Below, piece by piece: positions 25,670-37,600 of a stretch of DNA of 64,000 nucleotides (its first letter is position 1; each line of letters opens with the position of its first letter). The position numbers were made by a program, and so were the translations under genes. This DNA is from Trichinella spiralis (Eukaryota), in NCBI RefSeq assembly GCF_000181795.1, contig NW_003526943.1:6356219-6420218 (forward strand). Direction: 5' to 3'. Under the pieces are notes generated by a model. It worked only from the letters and a program-made list of their open reading frames with translations, made no database searches and was not told the DNA's origin.

Positions 25670-26750
25670 TTCTCTTCTCTTCCTTCTTTCCTTCCTTCTT
25701 TTCTTTTTCATATTCAAATTCAACAGAATTCAACAAAATTTTTCATTGTAAAACAGAAAAAATTGAAATACATACACATTTTAAACGATAAATTGTATAA
25801 TGGTATGCTGTTTTTGCCTTTGCTTTTACAGTTTTAACATTTCTAGTGTAAAGTTGACAATATACGTTATTCTTAACTTTAAATTATTGTACATTCATCA
25901 ACGTAATCAAAAGAGATGTACAATTTTGTGCTTAATAACAATTCTTTACGATTATTTATGCAAAAAATACATTGGATTGTACGCGTGTGTTGAAATAAAG
26001 CCAAAACTTGTTTTTTTTTGCCTAATAGCTAGCAGTTTCATAGTTTTCATTTAGTCGAAGATGCGTGGTGTACGTTTCAAATTGATCTTGCTTGCTGTTA
26101 CTTTAAAAAATATATATCCGTCATATTCTTTAGCTGACAGGCATATGAAAAGCAGAAAAAAGCGATGACTTTATTTATTTAACGAGAAATATGCGTTTAT
26201 TTATCAAGTTATAATTAATCTCGCTCTTAAATAATTATTTCGTCAAATGAAATGTCTTTTCTACTGAAATTGATTGAACTGCAATGCTTTATTTTTGTGG
26301 CAGTTTCACTTCTATTGAAATGTATTGTTTATTCATTGTGCACTGAAACATTAAAATTTTTTTACAATTTAATAACTTTAATTTACCTAGATTTTTTCAT
26401 TTACAGAACAGTTTGAATTCTGTGTAAATTATTTGAAGCTTGAAGTTAGCAACTTGCGCATTTTAAAATTTGTTCAATTAAAATAGATTAAAGTTATTAA
26501 TGGTAGAAATTCGATTAGTTCATTTCAATTTTAATCTTTTTATACTTGTCTTTCTGATGAATTTTTGTTTATATCCCAAGCTGAAATTTTATTTAAAAAA
26601 ATGTAGAAAAGAAAAGCATTCAGTTGCAGTGTTGTGTGCTTGTTTTACTATCAAATGCTGATTTTATGAAAGTTGTGTAGTGATGCTACGAAGAAAAAGT
26701 GACAGTTTTTTATGGATAATTTTTAAATTCTATTAATAGGAAATAACCTT

Positions 26751-27290
26751 TTATATTACGCTTGGGAATAAATTCTCTATTTCAAGCATGGCACTGATGT
26801 CAGCACTGTGACACTGAGTTGCAAAGTTGTTGAGCGACTTAAGTGCAATCAGGCAACCACTGTGAAGTACTGTGCATTTTTTGATGTGCTTTAAATCGTC
26901 AGAATCAATAGGAAAGCATCCATACTTTTCTCTCACTTGGTAAGGTGGCCTCTGGAATGCAGTGATTTTTTTAAAAATAACTTTATTATTAAATTTACAA
27001 AATTCCCTTTTGTCAATATTGTTTTTAAACAGAGATGCAAAACTAGCGCTTACCTCTTTTTTTGTACAGTTAGAACGTTTGAATTCAAATTCGGTTGACA
27101 TGTAAGTATTGTAAAGAACGGTTCCTTTTATTTTTCTGACAACATAGTAACGGTTGCTTGAATGGCATTCGTTAAACCAATCCTGCACCATCATTTTGAA
27201 ATTACACATAAACTCCTCTGCGCTTTTAATTGCTTCACATATATTAAATGTGATGTTGAAAATTAGTGAAATTAATAAAAATCTCTTCAT
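26751..27290 (-). CDS. Small secreted Cys-containing protein, cystatin-like, paralog A (145 aa)
   Basis: Exons 27290-27054 and 26951-26751 (GT-AG, 102-nt intron). Signal-peptide-like N-terminus; SNCTK...GCFP...CTVLH pattern shared with the adjacent paralog. The family call is inference. Confidence 0.75.
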   Translation of the reverse strand: MKRFLLISLIFNITFNICEAIKSAEEFMCNFKMMVQDWFNECHSSNRYYVVRKIKGTVLYNTYMSTEFEFKRSNCTKKEVSASFASLFKNNIDKREFCKFNNKVIFKKITAFQRPPYQVREKYGCFPIDSDDLKHIKKCTVLHSGCLIALKSLNNFATQCHSADISAMLEIENLFPSVI

Positions 27291-27711
27291 AATCGTAATT
27301 TAAAGAAAAACTGCTGGACAGAAATAAACTTCCATCTTAACTGAGCAAGTTTTAATAGCGCACAAATTGCAATTCTTGATTAGGCACGAATAATTTCAGG
27401 TGTTTTAGTTAAATACGTAAAAGAACTGTTTCAATAGGCAAATATTTTCCAAAACACCTCATTTGGTAAAATTAGGTGTAATTCATGTAATTATGAAATT
27501 TTATATTTTACAACGTAGGTTCTTTTGGCATTTCAACAAATTTCCACTGCTGCATTATATGCTTTATTAGTGAATACTGATGTACTACAATATAAATCAG
27601 TGGAATAATATTTAATTTTTGTTTATAATTAAACAATTTCTATAATTTCTCATTTAATAGCTGGTAATAATAAGTGTTCATTATAAGCATGCGTGATTAT
27701 GAAAGTTGTTT

Positions 27712-28554
27712 TCAAGATGATTGAAAGAAGTGCATACGCGTTTGTTCTTCAATTTCATAAGCAATTGTAGAATCAGCTTTGTAGCATTGCAGTTCTGGTA
27801 CATTCAGTGTTTCAAGTGGAAATGCGAAACCATAATGAAGAACCGTACACAGCAGAGTATAAGATGGATTATTTAAGAAAAGTTCATGGCACCCATTACT
27901 TCGTCTTACCAAAACGAGTGAGAACTAAAATTTCAACTGTTTTACTATGTAATCTGTGGATAAAAATAGCTAGTTTTGCATTAAAAAAATTTTTAATGAA
28001 ATTATTGATACACCTTTTAAGTATTTACTTTAAATTCAAAAATAACACTGCACTGTTGCAGCATGCGGATAATTGACGGCATTTTTTAAAATTCAAAAAT
28101 CAACTTGAAATGTTCAGTAAATATTCAATGAACAGTCAAAAGGCATTGAAGCGATAAACTGTCAATGTTCACTTCCAAAGTGAACATAAATAAACAGAAC
28201 GCTTTCTAGATATAAATAGAGAACATTTTAAAAAACAAAAAATAATTACAAATCTTATCTGCTAGATATGTATAAGTTGAGATTACTATTTTATTTGCTT
28301 AGCATGAGGGGAAAATTCTTTACTTTTTCTTTTGTGCAATTCGAAAATTGCAACTCCACTTCATTTGAAATCAATCCATTCGAATGCCGAGCAACAGATA
28401 GAAATCTGGTAAAAATTAAATAATATGTTCCAATGATGCGCCGGTTTACCCAATCTTGAATTAGCATTGCAAAGCGATATTGCAGAGGATATGTAGAATT
28501 TTCTATTGCAAAAGAAATAGCAGATAAAGTAAAGCACAAGATAATAATATTCAT
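27712..28554 (-). CDS. Small secreted Cys-containing protein, cystatin-like, paralog B (147 aa)
   Basis: Exons 28554-28324 and 27924-27712 join in frame. Shares F.M.(V/I)QDW.N, SNCTK, GC, CTVLH.G, L..LN, QC..AD and EIE with paralog A, and has the same intron position. Confidence 0.75.
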
Positions 28555-29073
28555 TATGCTCTCTGAAGGCTTATTTATTTAATTTACCTAATTCATCTAC
28601 AATGGCTATTAAATAGCTTTCTTATAGAATGCTAAAATTTTTCAACAAACATTTGATGAAGGAAATGGGATTGTTTTCTCATAATAGCAATTATAATTCT
28701 GAAACTTATGGTTATTTACTGTTACAAGGCAGCAACATTTAAAATTGTTTGAACTGAGGTAACTTTTATAAATTAATGTATGCTTTAGCTTAATTTACTG
28801 AATTTGCAGTAGATAACTAACTAGGTTTATGTAATTCCATTTAATTATTTAAATTTAATTAATTGCATGCAATTTTTTCAGAATTTGATAACTTTTCTGA
28901 TTTCATCTGGCATCAAAAGGACTTCCATTTGCAAAATATGAATCGCATTTTTTTACTACAGATTTGCAAATTGCAAATTGCTTTGCTTTGTGTTGCTTTG
29001 CAAATTTATTGCAGAAATGGGCTGCAAAGCAAGCCACATACTTGTTTCACAAGATCCTTGCTATTCTTGAGAC

Positions 29074-29819
29074 CAGTGGTTCTCCATCTTTTCTGGGCTG
29101 TGACCCACTTTCGAAAACGGTAATTTTTCGCGACCCACCTGCTTGCAATGCATATTTTAAAATGCAAGAGGGGTTAAATGAAAAATATTACTTTAATACT
29201 TTAAATTTTTTAATGAATACGTCTAATTATAATTTATAAGATTATTTGTCAAATGCATAATGAGCTGTATGTGAACAGTGGGCTTGTTTTCTGTTTTGAC
29301 TAATGACTACTTTGACATTCACATTATTGCGTGTTAGTTTTAGTCACAAAAATGTTGGATAATTTTAGCTTATTTCTAAATTTGCGTTTAATTCTATTTA
29401 TTGATGAAAATCCAATTTCGCACAAGTAGGAAGTAGTAAAAGGAAGCAGCAATTTTAATGCTGCGGTAGAAAGAGTTGGATATTTGTTTTGAACTGATAG
29501 ACAAAAGTGTGTTAATGTTTTACGATCAAAACTGACTTTAAACGAAAAATCTACAGACAAATTGATTAATTCTCCATCTGCTTTTGTGGATATGCCGGTA
29601 CGGACAACAACTGCATGCTGTTTAAAGCCGGACAGAAATAGTGATTCCAGGTCATCAGTAACTGAATCATAGCTTAGTTGTTCACCCAACAATTTTCGAT
29701 GAGTAGCACTCTTTTAACAAAAATAAAAACTACTCCCATACTTTAATATTTCACGCGACCCACCCAATAACTGCTCACGACCCAGTGGTGGGTCCTGACT
29801 CACACTTTGAGAACTACTG
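29074..29819 (-). mobile_element. Internally deleted hAT DNA transposon (Charlie/Buster-like)
   Basis: Termini CAGTGGTTCTC (29074) and GAGAACTACTG (29819) are inverted repeats. Flanks CTTGAGAC/CTCTAGAC resemble an 8-bp NTCTAGAN-type TSD. ORF 29324-29692 has the hAT C-terminal motif YPTLSTAALKLLLPFTTSYLCEIGFS. Confidence 0.9.
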
Positions 29820-30492
29820 CTCTAGACCGCTATATTTAAAATTATGCCTAATTAGCTGTGTATAAAGTCGATTACAGCAAGAGTATAGTATTTTATAAAG
29901 CGTTGTACATGTTTCTCGATTACCAACTTGAATTGACCATGATTCTTCTCAACTTCGAAATTCAGTAGCTAGTTGATTAGGTTGTAATCAGAACTCGATA
30001 GTGGGAGTCTTCTATTTGCATGACTGCTGAAAGTTCTATCCGTCTTGAGTTCTATACGTGAATTATGATCATTCAACTTGTTTACCACTTGGGCACCTTC
30101 ATCTTGAAAGTGTGTTGTTCCACAACTCAGAGAAAGTTATTTACAGGTTACACAGGTTTTGAAACTGAATCAGAAGATATTCAAAGTATTCTGCTAATGC
30201 TCACTAATTGAACGGTGCAGCTTGGCAGCTGTATTTTTTGACTCAGCACATAGTATGAATGCAACTGCCCGTACTAGCAATGTGGGAATACGGGATAGTA
30301 GGGATAGAAGATGACGGATAGGATGTGAAAAAGTAATATGGTAAGCTAATGTATATGATTGCGATGTTTTGTGCTATTGTATGGTGTTTTGGGTTTGGTA
30401 CTACTCGGTCCCGCTTTTCTCTTATTGGTCTTTGCCCACGCTATTTTATTGGACCGTCAAATCTTTGTCGTATTGGTTTTCATTTTATTGGG

Positions 30493-30502
30493 NNNNNNNN
30501 NN
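30493..30502. other. Assembly gap (N run)
   Basis: Run of N. Confidence 1.
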
Positions 30503-31748
30503 TTGTTTACAATCTAAGAATTTTACTTTCATATTTACAAAGTTTCTTTCATTACGAAACAAACATCCATATATATTTTTTTATACATGTCGATGAGGTT
30601 TGCTGTTTGTATGAAAAATCCTGTTTAACGTTCATATATTTCATATAAAATACAGTCGAGCATAAGATTTTGGCCGAAAAAAAATTCCCTTTATTTAATT
30701 AAACGGTAAAATAATGAATAAGTGCATGGAAATTCTTTCGAAATTCCATGCTCACTTATAACCAAGTTCAAATGTAATTTGAAATGCAACATCAAACAGA
30801 TCAGCTACATCATAAGCGCTGCTTTTGATGTGGAATGTTTAAATATTTCGTTACCATTAAAATATATACACTGAAAGGTTGCAAATGGAAATGAGAATAG
30901 ATGGCAATTTAAGTGTTCACCAATGCACTAGTCGGTTTTGTTCAGCTGTTGAAATAGAAAGTTTAAAATTTACACCAAATATATAAAACTAAATTCGTTT
31001 TTTGATTTATAAATAATATTGCAGATTTTTAATCTTTTATTTAAATAAAATATACGAAGTTAAACAATAACACTAATAAAAGAAGTCAAAACTTTTCTGA
31101 AGTTGAAAATAAAATTCTTTAATTGCTAGCAAGAAAAATTTTCAGAGAACAGTCAGCCTGAAATTAGAAAAGTATTTAAATGCTAATAAATTAGCAGTTG
31201 CCATGCCTAGTTTTAGCTAACAACTTCAGCTATGGACAATTCATCACTTGTTGATTTTTCAATTGTATTACAATCGCCTTTAGCTAATCATCAGAACATT
31301 TTCTGACAAACGGAAAAGCACCTAATGCATAAGTCTCATTTAATTGCTAGCTAAAACGAAATTTATCTGATGAACTCAAATAAAAGTGAAACACTTTGAA
31401 AGCAGAAAGGAAGCGATGGACAGCACGAAGCAGAATAGCAGTTAAAGCTGCTTCAAATTCACTCTGCAGTGGACATCACGTTCTTTGATGTTAGCATTCG
31501 TGCGCCATTTGTGTGTGATTAATTTTATTCTGTCAGTATCAACAAAAGGCATTAGTGCCACAAGGAATATCAGAAGTTTATCTTCGATTGTAGATAAAAT
31601 ATGAAATGAAAACTAAATATTGTTGCAAAATGGTTATTTAAAATGAAATTCAAAATTGTCCAATTTATTTTCATTTTTGGTGTTGCGTTATAGTTCAGTG
31701 CTTTGCGTTCCAGAGTTATTCGAATCATTTTTTATTCTGTTCCTTGTT

Positions 31749-32270
31749 ATGGCTGATGTCCCTGAGTTACATCTTGTACCAAATCGTTGCGGGATTTGGT
31801 CCAATTCGGTGGTATGGTAGGCAGGATATATAAATTAAAACGTGCCGGCGAACAGAAATGTTGATGTTCAAAAGTATGCGCTGAATGTATAGCATGTGTT
31901 CCTGGTTATTAACAATTACTTTATTTTGGTATAAGATAAAGAAGGCTGCGGGGGTGCAGTGTGGACAGATTTAGAAGTTCCGGCTGGGATCGATCGAAAA
32001 GATCACGTTGAAACCTGCCGGGTAGATGAGTACCTGGCCTATATAGACTGATGGCAACCGTAAAAACTTGGGGTACAGATAGTACATTCAAGGTTGTACC
32101 TCAATGATATCAATAGTATTTTACCATCCATGCCATTGTGGCGAGTAAGCTGGTGCCAGTAGTCTGTTGCTATGTACGGTTGAAGATATTGGCAAATAAG
32201 AGTTTATTTTTCAAACTTCAATAAACAAAGCGGCTGTCCTTAGCGTCAATCTTTATCCACAAACAATAAT
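31749..32270 (+). pseudogene. FLYWCH-type zinc finger plus MULE transposase pseudogene fragment
   Basis: Reads MADVPELHLVPNRCG..GRIYKLKRAGEQKC*CSK/DKEGCGGAVWTDLEV..DH, then TWGTDSTFKVVPQ*YQ*YFTIHAIVASKLVPVVCC (MULE 'DGTF..P..YQ.LFTIH....LVP.VY' motif), with stops and frameshifts. Confidence 0.8.
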
Positions 32271-32953
32271 TTGTAATTTTGATATCGCCCTGATACCACT
32301 TTGTTAATGTGGTTCACTGATATGTTGTTTACTATTGTTGTTGTTAGTGCTGGTGGCTAGTGAAAAATAAAAATCACCATTTAACTTATTTTTTGTATTG
32401 TTTTTTCTGAATTATTACTATCGCATTTGATATAACGTCACTTTGGTACAATAAAATATAGAATAAAGATAAAAATTCTATTCGGGAAAGCTGATTATGA
32501 AAAAGTATAAACTTCACCACAAATAATATATTTAAATAAACAAAATTTCAATGAATGAAGAAACTTCAAACAGACACAATAAAATTTTGAAATAATATTT
32601 CCATTTTTTATGTTACGTCACTGCTATTAAAGTTACGTAATCCAAAATGGAATATTTGAACCAATGAAATGAAAAAATATTACAGCTAATCACAAGGGAA
32701 AGATTTGAATCAATGAGCAATTAGACAAGGAAAACCAATACGACAAAGATTTGACGGTCCAATAAAATAGCGTGGTCAAAGACCAATAAGTGAACAGTGG
32801 GACCGAGTAAGAACGAACCTGATATGCTAGCTGTAGCTGTTTCAATGATTATTTAGTTTATAAAACTATTTGAAAGTGAAGTTTTATGACACAGTAAAAG
32901 TTATAACTTAAAAAGAGCTGTTATCGTTAGAATAGACTCGTATAAAACATGAT

Positions 32954-33291
32954 TGTCACATAAGGGTTACTGTAATAGTTGACAATGTTGACGCGATGTA
33001 GATGAGACGGATTGACAATCTGATGGGCATGTTCGAATATTGTGTTGTGTGAGTGCTCTCTAACCACAGATCACAAAATGATCCACCACAGAACTTGTAT
33101 TCGATTAACACGCTCGACGAACCGTTCTCTGTTGAACGAGGTGAACGAAGTATCTCCCGACTACATGAACCAACAAGTAGAAAGTTCATAATTATTGACG
33201 GAATATAGTCATTACGTCGAAGGCAGATCGGAATTGCCCCCAATTTAAACACAGTTCACAGTTAACTTGAGCATCGAAGATACCGATAACA
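32954..33291. mobile_element. Possible solo LTR
   Basis: A ~340-bp higher-GC block in AT-rich DNA bounded by TGT...ACA. No TSD found. Confidence 0.25.
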
Positions 33292-34640
33292 AAAACAGAA
33301 TTTTTTATAACACTTCTTGAAAAAACTAATTTTTTAAAATATAATATATCTGTGATTTTTGTTTTCTTTTTATTCAATTATATAATTATATTTTATATGT
33401 TTTAAAAAATGAAAATAAAACTGTTACTTATTTGTACTTGATTTTGCATTATAAAGATTAAGAATTATTTTAAGGAAGTGTAACTTGCATTCACTGTTTG
33501 TACCGTTTTGTTCCTGGCGCAAACTATCAGGAAATAGTCAACGACCTTATTATGAGGACATGGGAAAAATGACTAATTTAACCGAATACTTTAAAACATG
33601 AAGAGTTTTTTAACATCACAGACTAAATGGAAGTTCTCTGTTTGTGAAAAATTCTCTTTGGCAGCAATGGCCGTTAGATCTGAATGGCAAGATTTGCATG
33701 ACTTTACTTTAAAAAATTTAAATTAACTGCTTTCACAAAATATATAATGCCGTCTGTTTTTTTATTATTATAAGTATCTTTAAAGTTTATAAAATTATTT
33801 CTTTCTGTTTATGGTTTGCTTTAATATTTGTACTGTTTCAAATTCATATTATTGATGTGCACGGAATTTCTGCTTATATTAACAATACAAACTATCATAT
33901 AATTGATTTACATAAATAAAACGACAGATTTTTATTTACGTACTATAATTGACAGTGCAGTGAACGTAAATTTTTATAGTGGAATAAAATGTGAACTTTT
34001 CATTTTCAGTTAATTTATCATTTCATCTATAATTAGAAAATGAACATATATATATGTTTATTTATTTATTTATTTATTTTCATCATAAAATATAAATGAT
34101 CAATGCTAACAAGTAGGTAAATGATGTGTAATCAACAGTTTAAAAAAATCTTAATATTATTACGTAAATCAGTAAAGCATCAAAATAATCTTAAGGCTCT
34201 CAACTAACTATTAAAATATTAAGTATAATTTACATCTAAGCAATCTTATAGTAAACGACAAAATATTAATATGAAATGTAAATAACCTAAAAATTTAAGT
34301 TATGCATACCTGATTTTATTAAAAGCTCTTTACTTCAAAAAAATGGACTTTGTCAGCAGTGTCCTGGGTACTGGAACCAAAAAGGACTTTTAAATTATCT
34401 TCTAGTGCAAGCACCATAAATCTGCATTCTGTGATGAATGCAAACAATTGACAGACACCACGCTATTAGGACTTCCAACAAAAAACTGCGCAGTCAATTA
34501 ATTTTACGAGAATTTTATCACAAACCTCATTAAACTTCAGAATTTTCCAGAAACAGCACAACCGCCGATTTGCAGAATGTTAATGTTGGAACACTTTTCG
34601 TCGTTATGCCGAATTTGAAATTACACCAGTGTGAATATCA

Positions 34641-37600
34641 ATGTTTGCGTTACGTTTGTGTGCAGTTTGCCTTTGCCTCTGGTTATTGGTCAAAAATGCT
34701 TTCGCGTTTCCAATGGCTTGCAATTATGAAGCTCCAAAAGTTGAACACGTAAGGAATACTTTTAATTTCATACTTTTTTCATTTGAATGCTATTTCTCAC
34801 CGTTTTAAATTGTAACTGCAAAAATTTCAGTATGAAACATGGAGCTTGTTCAAACAAGTTTACATTTGAACAATAAACAAGTTAAATTAAATTAAAATCA
34901 AAAATTATAATGAATTTAAATTAAATAACAGCGGTTTTGCGTTGATAGAGTAATGTATCCAACTTTGCAATTGTACATTTTCAGTCTTGTTACATTATTG
35001 ATTTTTTCATTTTTTACCTTTCTCACTAAAATAGAAAGAAAGAGATTCAGACCATTAGAGTTTATGTGAAAGTATCTTCTTTATGTGAACAGCACTTTAA
35101 AGTCTTCACTTGGGTTTTCCACAGAGAATACTGTCTTGGGTTATTTATATACCATATGAAATTATTGATTGTTAGGTATTATTTATTATTTATACTTTAA
35201 AAAAGCATTACAATTTTGCAGTAAATTGGTGAAAATATTATTTTTCTTTTATTTTTTTCAGGTTATAAGCAGCGTTCGACAACGGATATCGGACACTTTA
35301 CATCACAGAATAAAGCGTAATGTTTTCCATAAGTTGAGGATAACTCCATATTTCGACACAAGCATTGACCGCCTCTCAGAAACCAAACGCAAATATGTAA
35401 TGGAAAATGTTAAGCTTGCCTGTTCATTTTGGCAAGAAGCGCTTTATGTTCGGCCATTGGTCAGCGCATTGCTTCTGGACAGGTGATTGTTGAGTTCATT
35501 TTTTATTGATTACAAAATCAGCATGAGAAAACTTTCAGGCAGTGCTCTCCAAATGAGCCAATACACCACGATGGTCGAACGTGTTGCGTTTCGAAATGCC
35601 AACCCGTGACTACTTGCGGGGAAGTAACTATTCCAGAATCTCATTTGATGGTAATTATTCAATCCTTGAATTGAATTTAATGATTGGTATGTTTAAATTT
35701 TTTTCCAGAACTGCCGCATTTTTGATGGATCTTGCCCTGAGGACGATCTCCTATCCATGGGTGCTGGCATACCAGACACTGATTTTGTTTTGTACGTATC
35801 TGCTGTGAATGCAGATCGATGCAAACAGAAGGAAAATGTAGCTTACGCTGCTCATTGTCAAATGGAGTCGATTTTAAACAGGTTGTTTAAATGTCTTTAT
35901 TACTTATTATTGAAATTTAAATTTTAATATTAAATCTTGTTCTGCTTTTTATAGGCCAATTGCTGGCTACATGAATATTTGCCCTCATGCAGTATCTGCA
36001 GAAGAGAGAGACCACGAAGCGTTGTTTTCAACAATGAAACATGAAATTTTGCACGCTCTGGTAGGGTTTTCTGTTATTTGAAGTATTTCAAAAGTTGTGC
36101 AACGAATAATTTTGAAACTTTGAAGGGCTTCTCCGCCGCTTTGTTTGCTTATTTTCGTGATGACCAAGGTCGACCGTTGACTCCGAGAAATGAATTTGGT
36201 ACACCTGCAATTTTTAACAATAAATTCGGCTTTTACCAACCAAGTGAGGCAGTGGTGAAGACTGTTGTACGAAATGATTGGCTTGTTAGATCCGGTGTGG
36301 TGAATCACACGGTACATCTTCTAGTCACTCCGAGAGTTAAGGTCTGAGTTCAGTTGTGAATTCACTGATATTTACAAAATTGTTGCTTTCTTCTTCTTCA
36401 GCTCGAAGTCCAACGTCACTTTAATTGTAGTCAGCTTGAAGGAGCTGAACTTGAAAATCAAGGAACCGTTGGTACCGTATTTGGACATTGGGAAAAACGA
36501 CTATTTGAGGTGATCTTATGATTGATCTATGTTTATATTATCAGATTGGTTATGGTTTTTTCTCTTTTTGCTCTTGACAGAATGAGGCGATGACTGGTAC
36601 ACACACACAGAATCCAGTTTATTCTAGACTAACATTAGCACTGATGGAAGATACAGGTTGGTACAGAGCCAATTACAGTGCAGCTGAGAGTTTGAATTGG
36701 GGTTCCAATTTGGGCTGTGAGTTCGCAATGAAAAGCTGTGGCGAGTGGATTTCCAACGCTAGAAAAAGGTTTTTCGAGTTGTAGTTAGGTCAACATATTT
36801 ATTTGAAATTTTCAGAAATGTATCTCCAGCACCGTACTGTACAGATTTGAAGCAGAAGACTGGGTGGCAAGGTATGAAAACTAAGTGCAGTTCAAATCGA
36901 GATTCATTGGCACTTTGTCATCTTATCGAATATCCGAAAGATCTTCCAGAGGAATACCAAGTATATTTTACAATATGTACATTTTAAATTAATTTTTATA
37001 AAAAAATGAAATTCTTTTATACGTAACAAAATTGAAACGCATATCTAATTAATTATAGTACTTTGATTACTTGGAAGGTGTAGAGGAAGAAAGTCTAGGT
37101 CGATATGGCGGCTCAGTGGAAATTGCCGATTATTGTCCATTTCTGCAAGAGTTTGAATGGCGTAAAGGAGAGCATCATGAACACAGGGATTCTCGTTGTG
37201 AACTGACTGGCAACATGCCAAGTAAACGTTTATTTTTGTAAACATTTTTCAGCTTCAGATGTGCATTTTAGCGGACAGTGCTTTGAACGGCGCAATGGAA
37301 TGGTACGGACCAAATTCTGCTTGTTTTGATTTTGCCAGCGTATGGTCGCAACAAAGCTGCCATGTGAGCAGAACGTACATTCATCACGGGGCTGGATGTT
37401 ACGAGGTAAGAAAAACATTGAGGCGTTAAAAAAGCTTTTTTTAAAATAATTTTAAAATAAATAAGAAATAATAATGCAGCAGTATTTTTGAAAATTGTTT
37501 TTATTTGAGAATGACACAAAATTAATGTGAATTGATTTTTATGAATTTTTTTCCGGTGTTGTTAGAAGGGTTCAAGATCAACTTGTTCTACAGGCCGGAT

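Larger units (their letters stand above)
30392..32819 (+). mobile_element. Decayed Mutator-like (MULE) DNA transposon with ~85-bp terminal inverted repeats
   Basis: 30392-30480 and 32731-32819 are near-perfect reverse complements (TACTCGGTCCC..TTATTGGTCTTTG.CCACGCTATTTTATTGGACCGTCAAATCTTTGTCGTATTGGTTTT). Contains a transposase pseudogene. A small gap lies inside and no TSD is seen. Confidence 0.7.

Noticed and set aside
26952..27053. Stop-free in-frame intron making the 179-aa ORF look single-exon
   Set aside because: Canonical GTAAGC..TTCCAG ends and the same intron position in paralog B show it is an intron.
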